Part shown: positions 31,454 to 46,600 of the stretch, piece by piece
Position numbering within the stretch: the stretch's first letter is position 1
How the letters are laid out: each line of letters starts with the position of its first letter
Source of the DNA: Phoronis australis
Taxonomy: Eukaryota > Animalia > Phoronida
DNA: 64,000 nucleotides
Reading direction: 5' to 3'
Assembly (NCBI GenBank): GCA_002633005.1
Contig: NMRA01000001.1
Location: 2,463,695 to 2,527,694 of the forward strand
Notes under the pieces: model-generated
The model's input: the letters and a program-made list of their open reading frames with translations, nothing else
What the model was told of the DNA's origin: nothing
Databases searched by the model: none
Program-made: the position numbers and the translations under genes

Positions 31454-32752
31454 ATATATAAGTCAACTAAGTGGGCCGTGGTTTTGATCTCACTACTAGT
31501 AGTACTGAACATTTCGTTTTGAGCAGTAATAATATATAACAATAATGATATTATTGTCGTTGTTATTGTTGTTATTATTAATTTATCGTCACAACTAATG
31601 GTGACTCAGAACCGATGTCACGGGCCATGCCCAAAAGGAATCTCGTGTTGAAAGTGCAAGCTACTACTCCGGTGCCTGTAAAAAATCAAGATCATCAAAA
31701 TTTTCACCTCAGTGATCACGGCATTGAAGTTCCATGGGCTTAGGGGAAATCCGTTCGTTTTTTACTGGTGCCTGTGGTAGCTACGACAAGAGTAACTTCT
31801 TCCCAAATCTTGCTTGACAGACGAAAGCAGTCCTAACCTTCAATGTCGTGTAAGCAATTTAAATTATTTTTGCAATTACAGCTCATAACTATCAGTTGGC
31901 ACACAAAGTTGGCAATTTTCGTGGCAGTCGACTCCAAAGTAGTGGTAATGATTCATATAATGCAAAAATACAATTACAGTATCTACCTATATGTAAGCAC
32001 GAGATTACTCCGCTGGCAGTGCCGACAGCAGGCTGGCTCTCGTGTTTTCATGGTTGCGATGCTCCCCCGCCCTCTCTCACTGCATTAACAGACGTCGCTG
32101 AAGTTTCAATGGCTTTTAAACCGGGCAAAGCAACGATGGTCGTTTTTAAAAGTACATTGCATCGGGCGGCGCACCATAGGGGGTCTATAGCCCCCACTTT
32201 TTCTCAGTGCTGCACCGCCCATGCAGTCATATCTTGAGCTCAATAGCCTACTGAAACTGGACTTTCTGGATGCTAAACATTTCTGTTTGATGTGGGCCGG
32301 AGTGTTGGTCCGTGCTGCAGGAGGAGAATGTGTGAAAAATGGCGTGAACTAAGTCCACTTATACTTTTATCTCCTTTAAATTATCACAAATTCGCACAAC
32401 TTGTCGGTGCGCACATTTAACGTTCATAACACGAACTGAATTCATATACTAAAACAAGTAGTATAAATGCAGCCATATAGTATCATACCAAAACATCTTG
32501 CAGAAAACGCGAAATTATGGGGTAAACTACCCCGAATCATGAACCTCAAAATTTTGTTAAAACACTTTCTACCCACTAAGAAAAAATACTGTTACAGATG
32601 GAAATGCAAAATGGGTCATGTAGAGATTGTGTCATTCATCCAAGCGAAACACTTGACGCAAGAGTTTCTGTTGTCTAGAAGTCAGGCCTGTAAGCTTGGG
32701 AGGAATATTCAATTCAGTGGTAGGGGCCCCTTTATGAAAGATTATACTTCTG

Positions 32753-32904
32753 GGCTGAGTTGCATAAAGCTTCAATAGTTATCCGCTGGATAAGTTTGAT
32801 TGTTGCATAAGACGTCAGGTGCATTGTTCAACAATAACAACGTGGCGCGTGATAATGCGACGTCATTGTTGGTATACCGCGTGTAACTTTTATGCAACTG
32901 GGCC
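32753..32904. mobile_element. PIF/Harbinger-like MITE with CTG TSD
   Basis: CTG|GGCTGAGTTGCATAAAG...TTTTATGCAACTGGGCC|CTG. Confidence 0.7.
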
Positions 32905-34664
32905 CTGGTCACAGCAAAAGAGAATTTAGTGCTAAAAATCGCTTCGCCACCATGAAAGTCCTAGGGAGGTGAGTGCAAACGAAATGCTGTGTTTTTACTA
33001 TAATGGCACTTAGCAAGTAATATTAAGTCGACAACAGATCGTCACTGGCATTTAAAAACCATCTTCTCCAACGTTGTAATGAACTGTGCCGGTAAAAATC
33101 AGACAAGATATACCCTGGGTGAAGCTGACTAGGCATACGACATTGAAGAACACTGGCACATACTTTTTTGGTAAAAAAATAAAAGTTGAGCACTCAACCA
33201 CCAGTTTAATGCTTACAAACTGAGAAGGTAATCTATTTCCGTGGCATGTTGTCCAAATCTGTGCACATGACATTCTTCAATACCAATGTTTTTGACATAG
33301 GCTATCAAAATCACCTTAAAATCATCAAACAGTTATCCATAACACAAATACTGCCACCATTATCGGATGCAATCGGCCCAAGCAACGAATATGTGCCCGC
33401 TGCAGTTACTTTCCATCCTGTTGAGCGGTATTCCTAGCTATGCTTGTCATCAAATGTGCAAATGTCATTAAAGGGCACTCAGTCCTCGAGCAACCAAGAG
33501 TGAAACCTTGACATGATACGACATGAGATTTTCTAAGTAAAATACAAAATAAAAACCTCAGGCTTGAGATGAGCATCATTGTATTATTACATTGGCGTCC
33601 ATTAATGGCAAGACAAAGAAGTTTCAAAAATCCCATTTAGTGCCTGTGTGTACAGAGACAATCACTTGGGCTTACACAACTATGAATACATTTAAAAACA
33701 CAAGGTTTTCGCCAACAGAGGCACAGCAGTTAATTACTAAATTTAAACACAAAAATTCTAAAAATAACAGTCCTTGCTTTGCTCGAACTTATAAAACAAG
33801 TTGGCATGGATATAGTTCTACAACTCGGACTTCAGTTAACTTCCATTTTTAAACCCAGTAAAGGATAACACACCACACATTATACAACACAAATCAGAAA
33901 TTTGATACACAATTTATACATCAAAAAAATAATACTACATCACAGCCAGGAAAACCTGGTGATCTTTTCTCATGACTAGCACTGAAAATAATTTATTAAA
34001 AGAAAGTTGCACAACACACAAAATAATGGACATTTTTCATGTACATGAGTAACCAAAGTTAAGAGTGTCATCTATAAAGTAATTGAATGCTGAAGACAAC
34101 AGACTAGGAACAGTGCAGATCTCAAAATGGTACCTTGATTATGTCTCTGTTGTGACTTTGAATCACAACTGGGACCAAGTCCAACTGGAAAATTGCGGCT
34201 CTTGTCAATCTATTAATAATTATTTTCAACGCTGGAAGAGTTCCCTCAGTAAATATGTATGAGTATAAACAGACCCTCACTTCCACACTGAGCAGATCAA
34301 AAATAAGATATCAAGCTAATGGTTCAGTGATTTCTCCAAGCTTATTAAAAGTCACATAAAGTCACAATAGGGTTACAATGAAAATAACCAACTTCAAAGA
34401 AGCATAAATCAGTTCTTATTTTCAAGAGCCAAATGATCAGCAACTGCATTAGACTAAATCACGGCTCCGGTCGTAAATCTCAGCAGCAACCAGTTAAATC
34501 TATTCAGGAATATTAACTTGCTTCACTGAGAACCTTCTGAGAAGTATTCCACATTAAAACAGAATTTTTAAAAAAGACAATAATGAGTGGTTTTAACGCT
34601 GTGGATTCGCCGACATTATGCCAATGCACTCCCCCTGTTCCACGTGGGTCAACGAGCTACTACG

Positions 34665-37600
34665 CTAATAATGGTGGCAGGGCTTAAGTGGAACAGTTGG
34701 ACCATCTGGTACTGGGCGGGCGTACTGTGAGCTCCAGTCCCGCTCAAACACAGCCTCAAGCTGGGCTCGCATCGATCCACCAGAGGTGTCTGTCTGATTC
34801 AAAATGACTCCCACCCCTCCTGTACTGTTGAAGTAATCAAAAGACCAGTTGGACGTTCCTGGAAGAAGTATAGGCCACGTGTTAAGCATAGAACACTTGT
34901 GAAAACATAAAGGAAATCACTGACAATAACATAGCGCAGAACAAACAGTTGAGACGTGAAGCACGAGTATGTCGTAGTAATGCACAAAAATAAGGCTGGT
35001 GTACAATAATCTTTGTTGTATGGAAAAAGTATTATTCAATTTATATAAATTAAATGATAAAAAAACAATATTTCTACAACAACAATAACTACAAAACTTG
35101 CATTTAATCAGAATGCAGCCAGTTAGAATTTGAACTCTTTTGTCTCTAAGTTGGGGTACCGTTACCAGAGACGGCTATTAGCGATGGGGAACAGGAAGAC
35201 ATAAGTGTGTTTACGTTACTTCTGATAAGCCATTGTACAACAATGAATCGGTAAGGTTTAAAGTAAGCGATAAATCTAGTGCAATAAATCTAATATCTTT
35301 TTCACAACCATGACAAACATCTCTATTTAAACTCTAAACAACAGTGGTTTTCAAATTCCAATATCAGTCTAGTCTATTTCTAAGTACTCTCGTGCTCTTT
35401 TGTCTGACATCACCATTGGCATGACACCAATTCACACTTCAAAGAGTTCTTAAAAGCCAATAGCTAGATGTGTGAATACGTTAACATTAACGCATCCGAC
35501 TGAAAATGCTCTTCAACAAACTGCGTCCAATTACGTCAATAATTCTACTCGATATTTCTTCATGGGAAAAACTAATCTGACTTTTCATGACCTATTTAAT
35601 TTCAGAAGCAAAGCAGTTAAAAAATCACAATTTTTATTCTACAACATGGCATTGTAGTTCAGCCATTGTTTTATTGCAATGAAGTCATAGTTAAGGTGGT
35701 AATTGACCTATCACCAGGATTTTGAGTGACGCCTTAACTGACCATTCAGAACCCAGCATTCTTGACACACCTTCCTGTACAAGCCTCCATTTTACAAGAC
35801 AAAGAAGACGTTGTCAGGTAAAACTTATTGTTCGTTTGTCGGGTGTAACGCGACACAAGGGGGTGAAGTCTGCTATAGGAGGTTAATTGGTCTCCTCCAC
35901 ACTGAAGGAGTTTAGATCAGAGTTTGTGACATTGACAGTTGATGGCACTCAATTATTCATGTACAGTTCTACCAATGATCAAAGTGAAAAAGTGCTATGA
36001 AATGGGCCAAGTAAAATTTAGAGTAAAGTTTGGTGACATTGGATCTAGCATAGCAGACTATACATTAAGGTAACCACATCTCTAACTTAGTGGGCGTAAA
36101 CCAATGACATGGTTTAAGCTACCTGACGGAATGGTTTTGATTGCTTTTCCCCTCCCACATCCAGCAACATGAAGCAGTCCAATGGAATTTCAGTTAACTT
36201 TCACGCTGGTTCCTTACCTATATAGGCTATTCGGTCTGTCACCATGTATTTGTTATGGTTGACACGTGCAAATGGGATCTTGGCTTGTTCCTCAGTAGCT
36301 GGCACATGGAATAATTTCTGGAAACAACTTTACTGTTACAAGATAAACATTTTTTAGCAAATATTCTAGGATTTTTGGACCATTGGGTAAATAATAGGAA
36401 CTAAAATGACTTTTCAGATGGCTGGAAACCTATTTTGTACAAAACTAATTAGTCAAATCCAAGCTTTACCAAAACTGTAAACTGATGTAACACGAATTCC
36501 CGCCCTTTTGTTATGTGTGTACTGCTGTTACAAAATCGCTATCTTGTTCCAGTTCCTCCTGTCATTAGTCACTTACTAAGAAATCAAGATGAATAATTTG
36601 TGGGAGTTCTCATGTAACTTATCATATTTGCAATCCGACAACTGATCGAGCTCACTAGCGCACCGGAGCTGAACTTGGTAAATACCAGTGTGGAGGACTG
36701 CAAAGTCACCAAACATAGTGCAACTCTTAGTATCTTCCTGCGTATAGCTCAATTCAAACTGATAGCCTTCAACTGCATCTCAGTGGGAAAGTACTTGTTG
36801 TCACTCGGGACTACATTGCCATCATATGCAGACTGGGCTCATGGGCTTTGATTTCTGAGTCCAACTCAAGTCATTTTTAATTCCTATTATTTACCCAAAC
36901 GTCCAAAAATCCTGGAATTTTCCTTTAACAAAAGGGGAGAAGCAAATATTTTAAAAGTGAATAAGTGAGAATTTGAGACTGACAAGGTTTCTTTTAACCA
37001 AGAAGCAAAATATAGTCATTCAAATTCAAAAAGTCGGGCCTCGGGCAGGCAATACAGTGTTTAAGTTTCATAGCATACTGTAATGAATAGTAGAGAAAAG
37101 ATTAACAATCTAAAATAACAAAAGAAATGCTGTCAATAACCTACAGTGGATATCTGTGAGTGAAACGAGGACAGGGAGTGTAGATAATTGACAATATCAG
37201 GACGTGAGTGGTCCCACCAACTGGCAAGCACATGTACAGACACATTACGGTCAAAGGCAGCTGTTCGTAAGGCATCATCAATGGCTGACCAAAAACTGAA
37301 ATGAAGTAAAAAAACTGCATGAGCATAAAATGAGAGAGTGAATATAAAGTCTACCTCATGTCATGCCTTCTTTGACAAAGGGGAATGTTTTTGTTCACAA
37401 TGTGTACAATAGAAATAAGCCCTAGAACTCATTAAACGTATCATGACGGATTGTCAACTTTAAAGATCACAGCAAACTATCCATGTACACTTTGTTAATT
37501 ACACATTTTCCTACACAGGTCAATTAAATTTATAATTATGTCTCTTGAAGAAGTCACTGACGTGAATTTATTCAAAAGCACCACCGAGAATTGATACGTC

Positions 37601-40600
37601 CTCATGGTGAGCCTCACAAAAGGCAAGTAGTATTAAACCCGAATGATAGACACAGGCAGCATTCAGATGAATACGACTAGTAAATAACCCCAAATGGACT
37701 CGTTTTGGGTTGGGTCTGTTTTCAGAAATTCTCAATAAATACAAGTCACACGTTAACTTTGTCACAATATCAAAGTATCCTTACATTCGAGGACAGCCAT
37801 AGAGAGACGTGGGAAAGTAATCCATAACAGCAATGTAAACAAACTCGCGGGCATCGTTAATCACACTCAAGATGGCGTCGATATCGACAGTTCGCCCAAG
37901 TGGACAGAAGCTAGCTGGTGAGCTCTGGAACATAAAACATTGACCAAAATTTGGCAAAGTGTCTGTCTTCACGTGATGATGAAATAGTCAAAATAATGTA
38001 GCGTAAATGTATGCATCATAATAGAGACATGAGTCAAACAGAGTATGATGAATCGTCATGACTTTTGAACTAAAAAATCAACATAGTGAGAGTGAAAATT
38101 CCCATAGAAGCAATCAATGAACAAAATCTATGTTTTGATCCTTAGTTTTATCACAACCTACAAAATTAAGAACACTAACTCGCCACAAAGGAAACCAAGA
38201 CAAAAGGTTCCACACCAAAATATGAACCAAAACAATATTTCAAAGATAGCCATGCTGCATGTGACTTTGAGTCAAGACTGTATTATATAAAAACCAGTTG
38301 TCACCGAATATCCAAATGTAGCGAAATACTAAGCAGTTCAAATGATGTCTGGTGTTGAACATTTTACTAACTAATGTGAAATTTCCTAAGAGTAAAATCT
38401 CATTAATTTGGAGCACAAAACAGCACACTAAAAGTAACACAGAATAAGTTGCTTTAAAGTTCTATATCATAACTACGATTATCAAACAATGTTGTAAGAA
38501 ATTATGGGCATACACAATGAAGCATTAAGTTTGTTAAAAATGAAAAAGATCAACTTTGGCAATATGAAATTTGCTATTTCCACTTGACCTATTTAGCACT
38601 GCATGGGACTTGAGAAGTGGGTGATTGTAATGACTGTCAAACACTTGTTTTTGATAATTGTTCGTGCCTTGAAAAACGAATTGTAACACATAAGGCCGTG
38701 AAAAGAACTTCCCAGAAATATGACTTACCGATAAGTAAACGAGCGCTGACTGCAGGTCAGGGCCGTGAAATGTGAGATTGACTGGCTTGCTGCCATTGAT
38801 TTCCGTGTCCACAACTGGCGGCCATTTTGACCGAGAGTCTGGCACAGTGGCATTGGGCTTTCCCAAACGCCAGTAGACATCGAAGATTTTGTTGAGATCC
38901 TTTGCCATGCAACTGCAGTTGTACACGACTACTCCAAGTTCCTTAACCTGCAAAAATTTAGACCAAAACAAAGATTAAATATAAGAAATTAAGAGATCCA
39001 CAACTCAGTGACATGCTCTCTGTATCAAAATTACTGAAGGTTAACTTATCCGCGACAAGGACGGTGTAGACAGAATCCTGATTCCACAGGGAATAACTTA
39101 CAAGTGATAACCAAGGGCAAATTTACAGCATGGCTTGCTTACACACAATATGTAGTGACAATACAATATGGAATTGACATGCAAATTGAATTATGGAGCA
39201 AGAGACCAGACTCAAGAGTCTGACGGTGTGGTCCAGCATAATGTGAATCCATGATCGTTTGATTGGGAGGCGACATCTGCACCACAAAGCCACACTGTTA
39301 CAACCATAAAGTACTAAGAATGGACAAAAAGAATGTGAAAAAGCTTACTACAGAACTTTCTATAGAAAAAATGATGTAATCAATAACGATTATTTTATGA
39401 TACAATTTCAGCTTTAATAATCAAAGACTGCTCACCTGTGTTAGGGACCTAAAGTCCATGTTGGCACTCCCCACGTAGAAGTGTCGGCTATCAACAACCC
39501 AAAATTTTGTGTGAAGAATGCCACTGCCTATGAGGCGGTCAAAGTCTAGCGATCTCACCTCGACGGTACCTGTAACGGGTGACAGTAACAACATTTAAGA
39601 AGTAAAATCCTAAAAATAAATAACAAAGTAAACAGAAGAACACTCAATAGGTCATGTTATGATATTTAACCACAAAATCCCATGCAAAATCATCACAACT
39701 CACTGGATGAAGATTATACCACAAACGCACATTCATTAACTTAATGTTAAAAAGCATGTACCTATAGCTCTCATGAAAGTTGAAAATTAAAATGCTCCGT
39801 TGGTACTACTGAGAGCCCTTGGTCAGGTCTGATCAATAGCACTTCATTGATAAGGACTCTTACGCAATTCTACTACATCTTTATTGTACAACGCGTTTTA
39901 GTCGTGATAGACCGACCTGAAAAATCTCTCCTCATTTTCGGGTCAGTAGAAATTCCTGAGAAAACTACAAACCTTTGTTTGGCCGGTAACTTGCGATTTC
40001 ACGTCTATACACATTACCTGATGACATTAAGTTCCATTGACAGACCAGGCGTAATTACCATGTTTATTGTCCCTACAGCCTGAATGGGTAATAAACTATT
40101 GAAATCGTTATTATCCTAGAGGCTATGCCACTCTCCTAAATTATCTGGTTCATTTTCCGGTTTGTGTATTGTGACGGGAAATTCTCGCATCTATTTTACT
40201 GTCCAGTACAACGAAAACAAAATAATAATTTCGGTATTGAAACGCTGTTTAAAAGGTTAAAATAGTAGAACTGTTGGTATCATGAGTACTTTTAGCAATG
40301 CTACTACCACCCGACCACACAACAGCCAACCATGATAAGCAGACGACGCACTTGCAGGAAATAATACCAGATAATTTGGCCAGGTGACGCTAATGAATAA
40401 TGACGTAACGGCTTGTGCGGAAAAGCACAGATTTCGTCCACTGAAAGTATACGGAGTTGGCGGTCCATGTACCATATAGTCTATGGTTGAACTATACCTT
40501 ATGGTGGCCAGTCTTAATACTACGGATGAGCAATGCTCTACTGTTTCGCTAATTACAGCCAAAACCCAATGCAGGTAAATTTTAAAGGATCATTTTATGC

Positions 40601-43600
40601 AACAAGCAACACAAAATCTCAGTTTTTCTAAAGCCCAAATATTATTTCTACCCTCAATAAGGGAACGGTCAAGATCAGTGGTACAGTACTTGCCAGAAAA
40701 AAGTTATCAGCCAAGATATCACTTCCCTGCCATGACAGCTAATTTCAGTAACAGAATAAGATGATTTGTAATCAGAAGAAAAATTCCAATTCCAGAATGG
40801 CTAAGCCACCTTACTAACTTTCCTCTTAATGGCCTCATTCTCAGTCCTAACTGAAAGGTACTGCTCAGCTTCTACCCACGGCAGCCATCGACCATGACAG
40901 GGAATTCTGGGTCATTTTGTCTAAATACTATGCTTTGGTGAGTACCATAAGGGGCTTGAATCTAAACTGACATTTCTGTCAGAAGGTGAGTCCAAACGAG
41001 TATACACTTGCACACGGTTTTTGATGCCTTGTTCAGCGGGAGGTGGGATACAACTTGAACAAAGATCTCGGGCGAAATTTACAAATAATGACATTATAAT
41101 TTGAATGTACCGTATTCGCCTGAATAACCGCCCATGCCATTATAAGTGCCCCCATGCGTTTTCAGACTTTGCTAAAATAAGTGCCCAGCCCATGAACGTG
41201 TACGTGCGAAAACTGCCTTACCTACAGTCCTAAAATTCCACAGTTATTACTGTAATGTCTTCAATTTATCAATGATATCCGACAGTCCTGAAAAAATCAT
41301 TGTGGGCAGAATTTGAAGACCACGAGCCTTGCCACTATGTCGGTATTTAGCCGTGACTATACACTTGAAACTTCCGCTGTGCCTCAGAACTAACACAAAA
41401 GTTTTGCTGACCTTGCGAGGAATGTGTCCCACTATGATCTGGCCTTTCAGAAAAGACATAGCGTACTTGTCAACGGTATTGTATTGTAGATATTTCCCGC
41501 CCTCAACAGGAATCCAAATTTCCTTGTACACGTCAAAACCGTGACTCGAAGACTAATAAAAACCTTAAGTTGGCCAGTGTTAAAAACATGTAGCCAGGAA
41601 GCGCACGCTACATACGTATACCTGTCATCAAAGACATTAGTCGGGAACTATCCATTCATGAAACGGGTAGCATAGCATCGGCAAGAAATGAATATTGGCA
41701 CTAATTTCCAACAATTTCTAATACTATAAAAATGTTTGTGTTATTTTTAAGAAGGATTGTTTGATTAACCATAATTGGTGTTTTTAAAGCCAAATATGCG
41801 ATAAAATGACCACTGACACACCCTTACACCGCAAAATAACAGTCAGACAGTCAAGTATGCATCCAGCCACACGGCGAATAATATGGACCTTACCGAGGCA
41901 AATAAAGTTGAACGTTTTTAGCACATGTCAGACCGGCAAATGCTGAATGAAACACCTTCTGCTTAAGGTCTCCTGCTTGTGCTAATTTCTTTAGATACAA
42001 TGCATATCTGGCTCGTTAGATTGCGTTTACTCTGACAAATGAACTCTGGTGACATGCATGCGCTCGCTTACTCACACACAGACAAACTTCAAAACAAACG
42101 TCACGGGCCAACAACATGTCTGATCGTCCAGAGATTTTTCTTGTGTTGCCGACTCCACGGGAACTTAAAAATCTTAGGGACGCTATTTGGAAAACTTAAG
42201 GAGGATTTCAGGTAATTTGCTTGAGTCGAAATTGTATTTTTATTCAAGCATTCAAGTCGCCATATTGACGATTGCAAGGCAGTTATAGTTGGCGAGTTTT
42301 CGCCCTGGGATTTCAGCACAATTTTCTATAAAATGATCGTAATTTAACAGCAAAGTTTGATAGCAATGCAGCACAGTTTTGTAGAAAATCTGTCATAGGT
42401 TACAGATACCTCACGGAGTGTAAATTTGATGAATTTTAGCTTCCGATTTCACCCATTTCGGAGACCGGGTTTCAACCGCCTTGGGTTACAATAAGCGCCG
42501 CCCCCAAAACGAATTTTTCTAAGCATCCTGGGGAGTTATTAGGGCAAATACGATATCTCATATCACTGTCACGGCTAAACACAAATGATAAAAGCATTTC
42601 TAACAGTGAGCACTGCACCTTTCACAAACTTCATGCAAAATGTCACAGCATCGTAGGAGTGGATAACATTAACACATGCCAGCAGTCTGTTTCCTGAAAG
42701 CGTCTCAAAAACTCCAGATAGAAATTCGGTCTTAGACTACCATATCACAGTGACTGAAAAAAGGTAAAGCCACGTAATTTTGAGAGCATCAAAGCCTAGA
42801 AATAACTTATAGAATTGCCTCAGTAACTACTAGTTATGCGTATATTCTCAACGACTGCATTTTTGCTCAAGTTAGATTTAATTATTTTCCTGAAATAGTT
42901 GTGTGGAATGTAAGATCAAATTTCTCACTTTTAAAAGTGTTAAGTCACTTTCGATGAAACAGACCACTGAGCAGGGCCTGTGAAGTAATGCATGACACTC
43001 GCAAGTGAGAGTGTCTTGTGCCGTCAGATACTTCACCAATGATGTATTTTGGTGACATCTCACAAATACTTGCGAGACCTCTCCCAACTCGAAAGAATGT
43101 ATAGCCTTACGAAACTCTCCCAACTTGCAAGAACGGTAAAAATGTTCCAGTTTGAGACAGGGAAAGTTTAATTATTTTGGTCAAAGCCAGAGCTTGTACC
43201 AAATTTTATAAATAGTCAGTATTTGCTCTCCAAATTCAAGAAGAACAATTAAGGACAAAGGGTCATTCACCTCAATGTTGTGCACTAAGAGTACACATGA
43301 AAATTTGCATTATCAGCCATTTCTGGCGATTTTATGAACTGCTAAGAGATACAAAACAGTATATTTGAGAAATGCCCTGAATGCAAAAATCACCCATGTC
43401 TCGAAATTCAGAATCGAGAATATTAAAACACAGTGTCTTAAATTTAGAGGTTGTCCCAAACTGGAGAATTTTTACAATAGCCTTACGCAACACACCCAGG
43501 CCTCTACAAAAAGACTTACTAAGTTTGCCCAGAATCTCTGAGTCTATAGATGGATTGCTTCTGGTAGGTTTGTTCTGAGCAATATTGAGGTGTATACCAT

Positions 43601-46600
43601 CCTGTTTGGCTGCAGTCTCCAGCCTCTTAAAGATGTCCTCACCCTGGAAGCGAAATCAGATAGGAAATAGGAAACATAACACAGACATCAGGATGACATC
43701 AGGAACACATCAAGCTACTCCATATTTAAGCGACTGTAATTTTTCTGATAACATTACATTACTCAAATTTTAAAATGGTGAGAGGTCATGTGTTAAAAAT
43801 TGTTTGGCAGCAACTTTCTTGTACAACAGTGCTCTCTATGTATAGCTTTAACAGACATCCCTTGGAACTCCTTAGGCTCAGTTAACAATTGACCTATCGC
43901 CAGGACTTTGAGTGATGGCTTTACTGATCAATCAGAACGCATTATTCTTGACACACCTTCGTTTCCAAGCCACCATTTTACCCAACAAACAACATGTTGT
44001 CGGGTAACACTTATTGTTAGTTTGTCGACTTTACGCAAGGGGGCGGAGCTTGCAATAGGTCAATTGACGAGCTTTCATTTTGTAATTCACAAATGAACCA
44101 CGGCGTATATAATAAATTACGTATTATGCATGAGGACTGCTGCCAGACTGTCCTGATTTTAAGCAAACCGTTCACACGTGAATACCAACAAAAGTTTGTT
44201 AATCTTGTCACACAAGCTTAGGATGGGCTAGTCAAAACCACATTCTCGTCAATATTACCCGCTTACAACTTAGATTATGAGCGAGCGCCCATTAAAACAA
44301 TAAGGATGCATTTAATAAAGTCTGCATGCAAGGGTCGTTAAGAACTTAACAGTTTTTTTTTAACAAGGAATTAAAGCATGAACATGTCAGTCTTTATGTA
44401 CGATTGGTTGCTAACACCTTCGCAAAGAATCTCATTTAAACTCTTGGACAGGCAAGATTACATTAAAAGCCAGAAGATAAGAATACCACTCAGTATTATT
44501 TTGTGAGATGCTGAATGTCAATACTGTGACAGAAATAACAACGGTAGTCATGGCGACATATCCTTGTAACCATTAAGTCATTGCATGCATACCAGGGTTA
44601 AAACAAACACTAAAAGTTTTTATTAAATTTCAAGTTTTTGAAAAAAATGATATTTTAAAACCTTTCTTCCTGGATAACAAACCCGATTTTTGCCTAAACA
44701 GATATTAAAAACAACATGCCTATCCAATTCTCTGAAACCAAACAACGCACTGTAACCCTCGACAACCCTCAAGGGTTTGGAAGAAAATTTGAAAACTCCT
44801 TTCAAAGTATCCAGTGACCTACACTTTTAGCAAATTGCACGGCTACTGAGGGAAAAGACCATCCACTAATAATCATAATATCCAATTTGACTACTGAGGG
44901 AAAAGACCATCCACTAATAATCATAATATCCAATGTATGACACAGGGAGTTTGTCAATGAGTTTTTAGTCGATTCTTGCTTTTATCTTTCAAGATTGACG
45001 CCAATGGCTGCATCAGCAGGTGACAGAAAGATGATTGGTTTAAATCCTCACGACAGCTAGGGTTTAGTATTCTTTCAAAAGTTAATGATTTAACCATAAT
45101 CAGAAAAAAAAATATTTTCTGAAAAAATGCACTCAGCTCAGTTCACAAACTTCAAGAGAAACATTACATTTACACACCAAACTAAGTAGATTACATCTTT
45201 TACAGTGTTGAGAAATGTAAACAACATGTCTATCACTAGGGACATCAGAGAGTAAGATAATATACCTGCCAGGTTGAAGGGTCGGTAACGTTCATATCCT
45301 CACCCCGTAGTGACCAGTAGAAAGCAGAAATGTTGATGGTATGTTCAGCGATGTCTATCAGATCCACCCATGCACTGTATGTGGATGGGTGACTAGGACT
45401 ACCGCTTGAGAATGTCAAGTTTTCGGGAATACTCTCAACGAGCACCATTCTACAAATTAGGAAACAAATACAAATTGAATAATCATGATTTCACATCCAT
45501 CATCAATTTGCATTTTGTTGCCATGGAAATCGTTTCTAATGGCCTACTGTAAGCTCAGACCTGTTCTGAGACACAATTAACTAAACCATTCTCATAAAAA
45601 GCGTACATAACTGACTGATACCTGAATATAACCACAGCGAGCCAATAAACCAAGTTCATGGCTCAAAAGCATCTGAAGGCATAATTATGTTTATCTATGG
45701 ATTCAAAAAGCACTCAGTAAAGCTTTCAGGAAAAATAAAAACCCATTCCATAAACATATAAAATTCTGTAATACAGACAATGAAAAACTGTGGAATCAAG
45801 GAATCAAGATGATTGATTCTGAAAGATGAGAATATCTTGTAATTACATGTAAATTACATTAAAATCAAGTCGATGACCGAGTACACTTGTTACGTCACTC
45901 GGGGAATTAGTGGCCTCTTCTTACCTGAGAAATCTAGTTTTCCTATGAAAAGATCAATACAGCTCGCAGTGAAACAGTCAACCCATTGGGAAGAATCTCT
46001 CATATTTCATGTGGACACATTAGCCATTTTAATTTTGTGAGGTACAATGCCGTTGCTTGCCAACACGAACCATTTGCTTTCAGTGCTTGCTAACTAGCTT
46101 CACACAAGGCAACTGAAGTCTTTTAAGAACTTGAGAACTCAAGGATAAACATACACTGTAGGGAAGGGGTTAGAGGACAGGATACCCAAAGAAGAGCATC
46201 GCTGAACTTTGCTATGCACCCATCGTGTGCATCACAAGTGGCAATGATAGATGGGGTGCTTGTTTTTCCAAACATTTAGATGCACTAGAGTCAGCAACAG
46301 GAGGCAGTGCTGGTCATCCAAAAAACTTACAAATACAATTCTGGTAGATAGTGAGATGGCGGCAAAGAAAATTGAAATTACTACAATAGGTGGCACTGCA
46401 GCAATAGAATCCATTCAACAATGAATGCTATTCGTGCTCACATATCAAGCAACTCTTTTGCTACGATTCTAAAAAGGGTGTGCAGATAGAGAGGTGGAAA
46501 AATTTATAACCACTAGGGGGCGCAGCACAAGTCGAAACTGTCCAAAATATGTGTGCGGCTCAATCCTGAATACGATATCATACGTCATATTTCATGGAGA

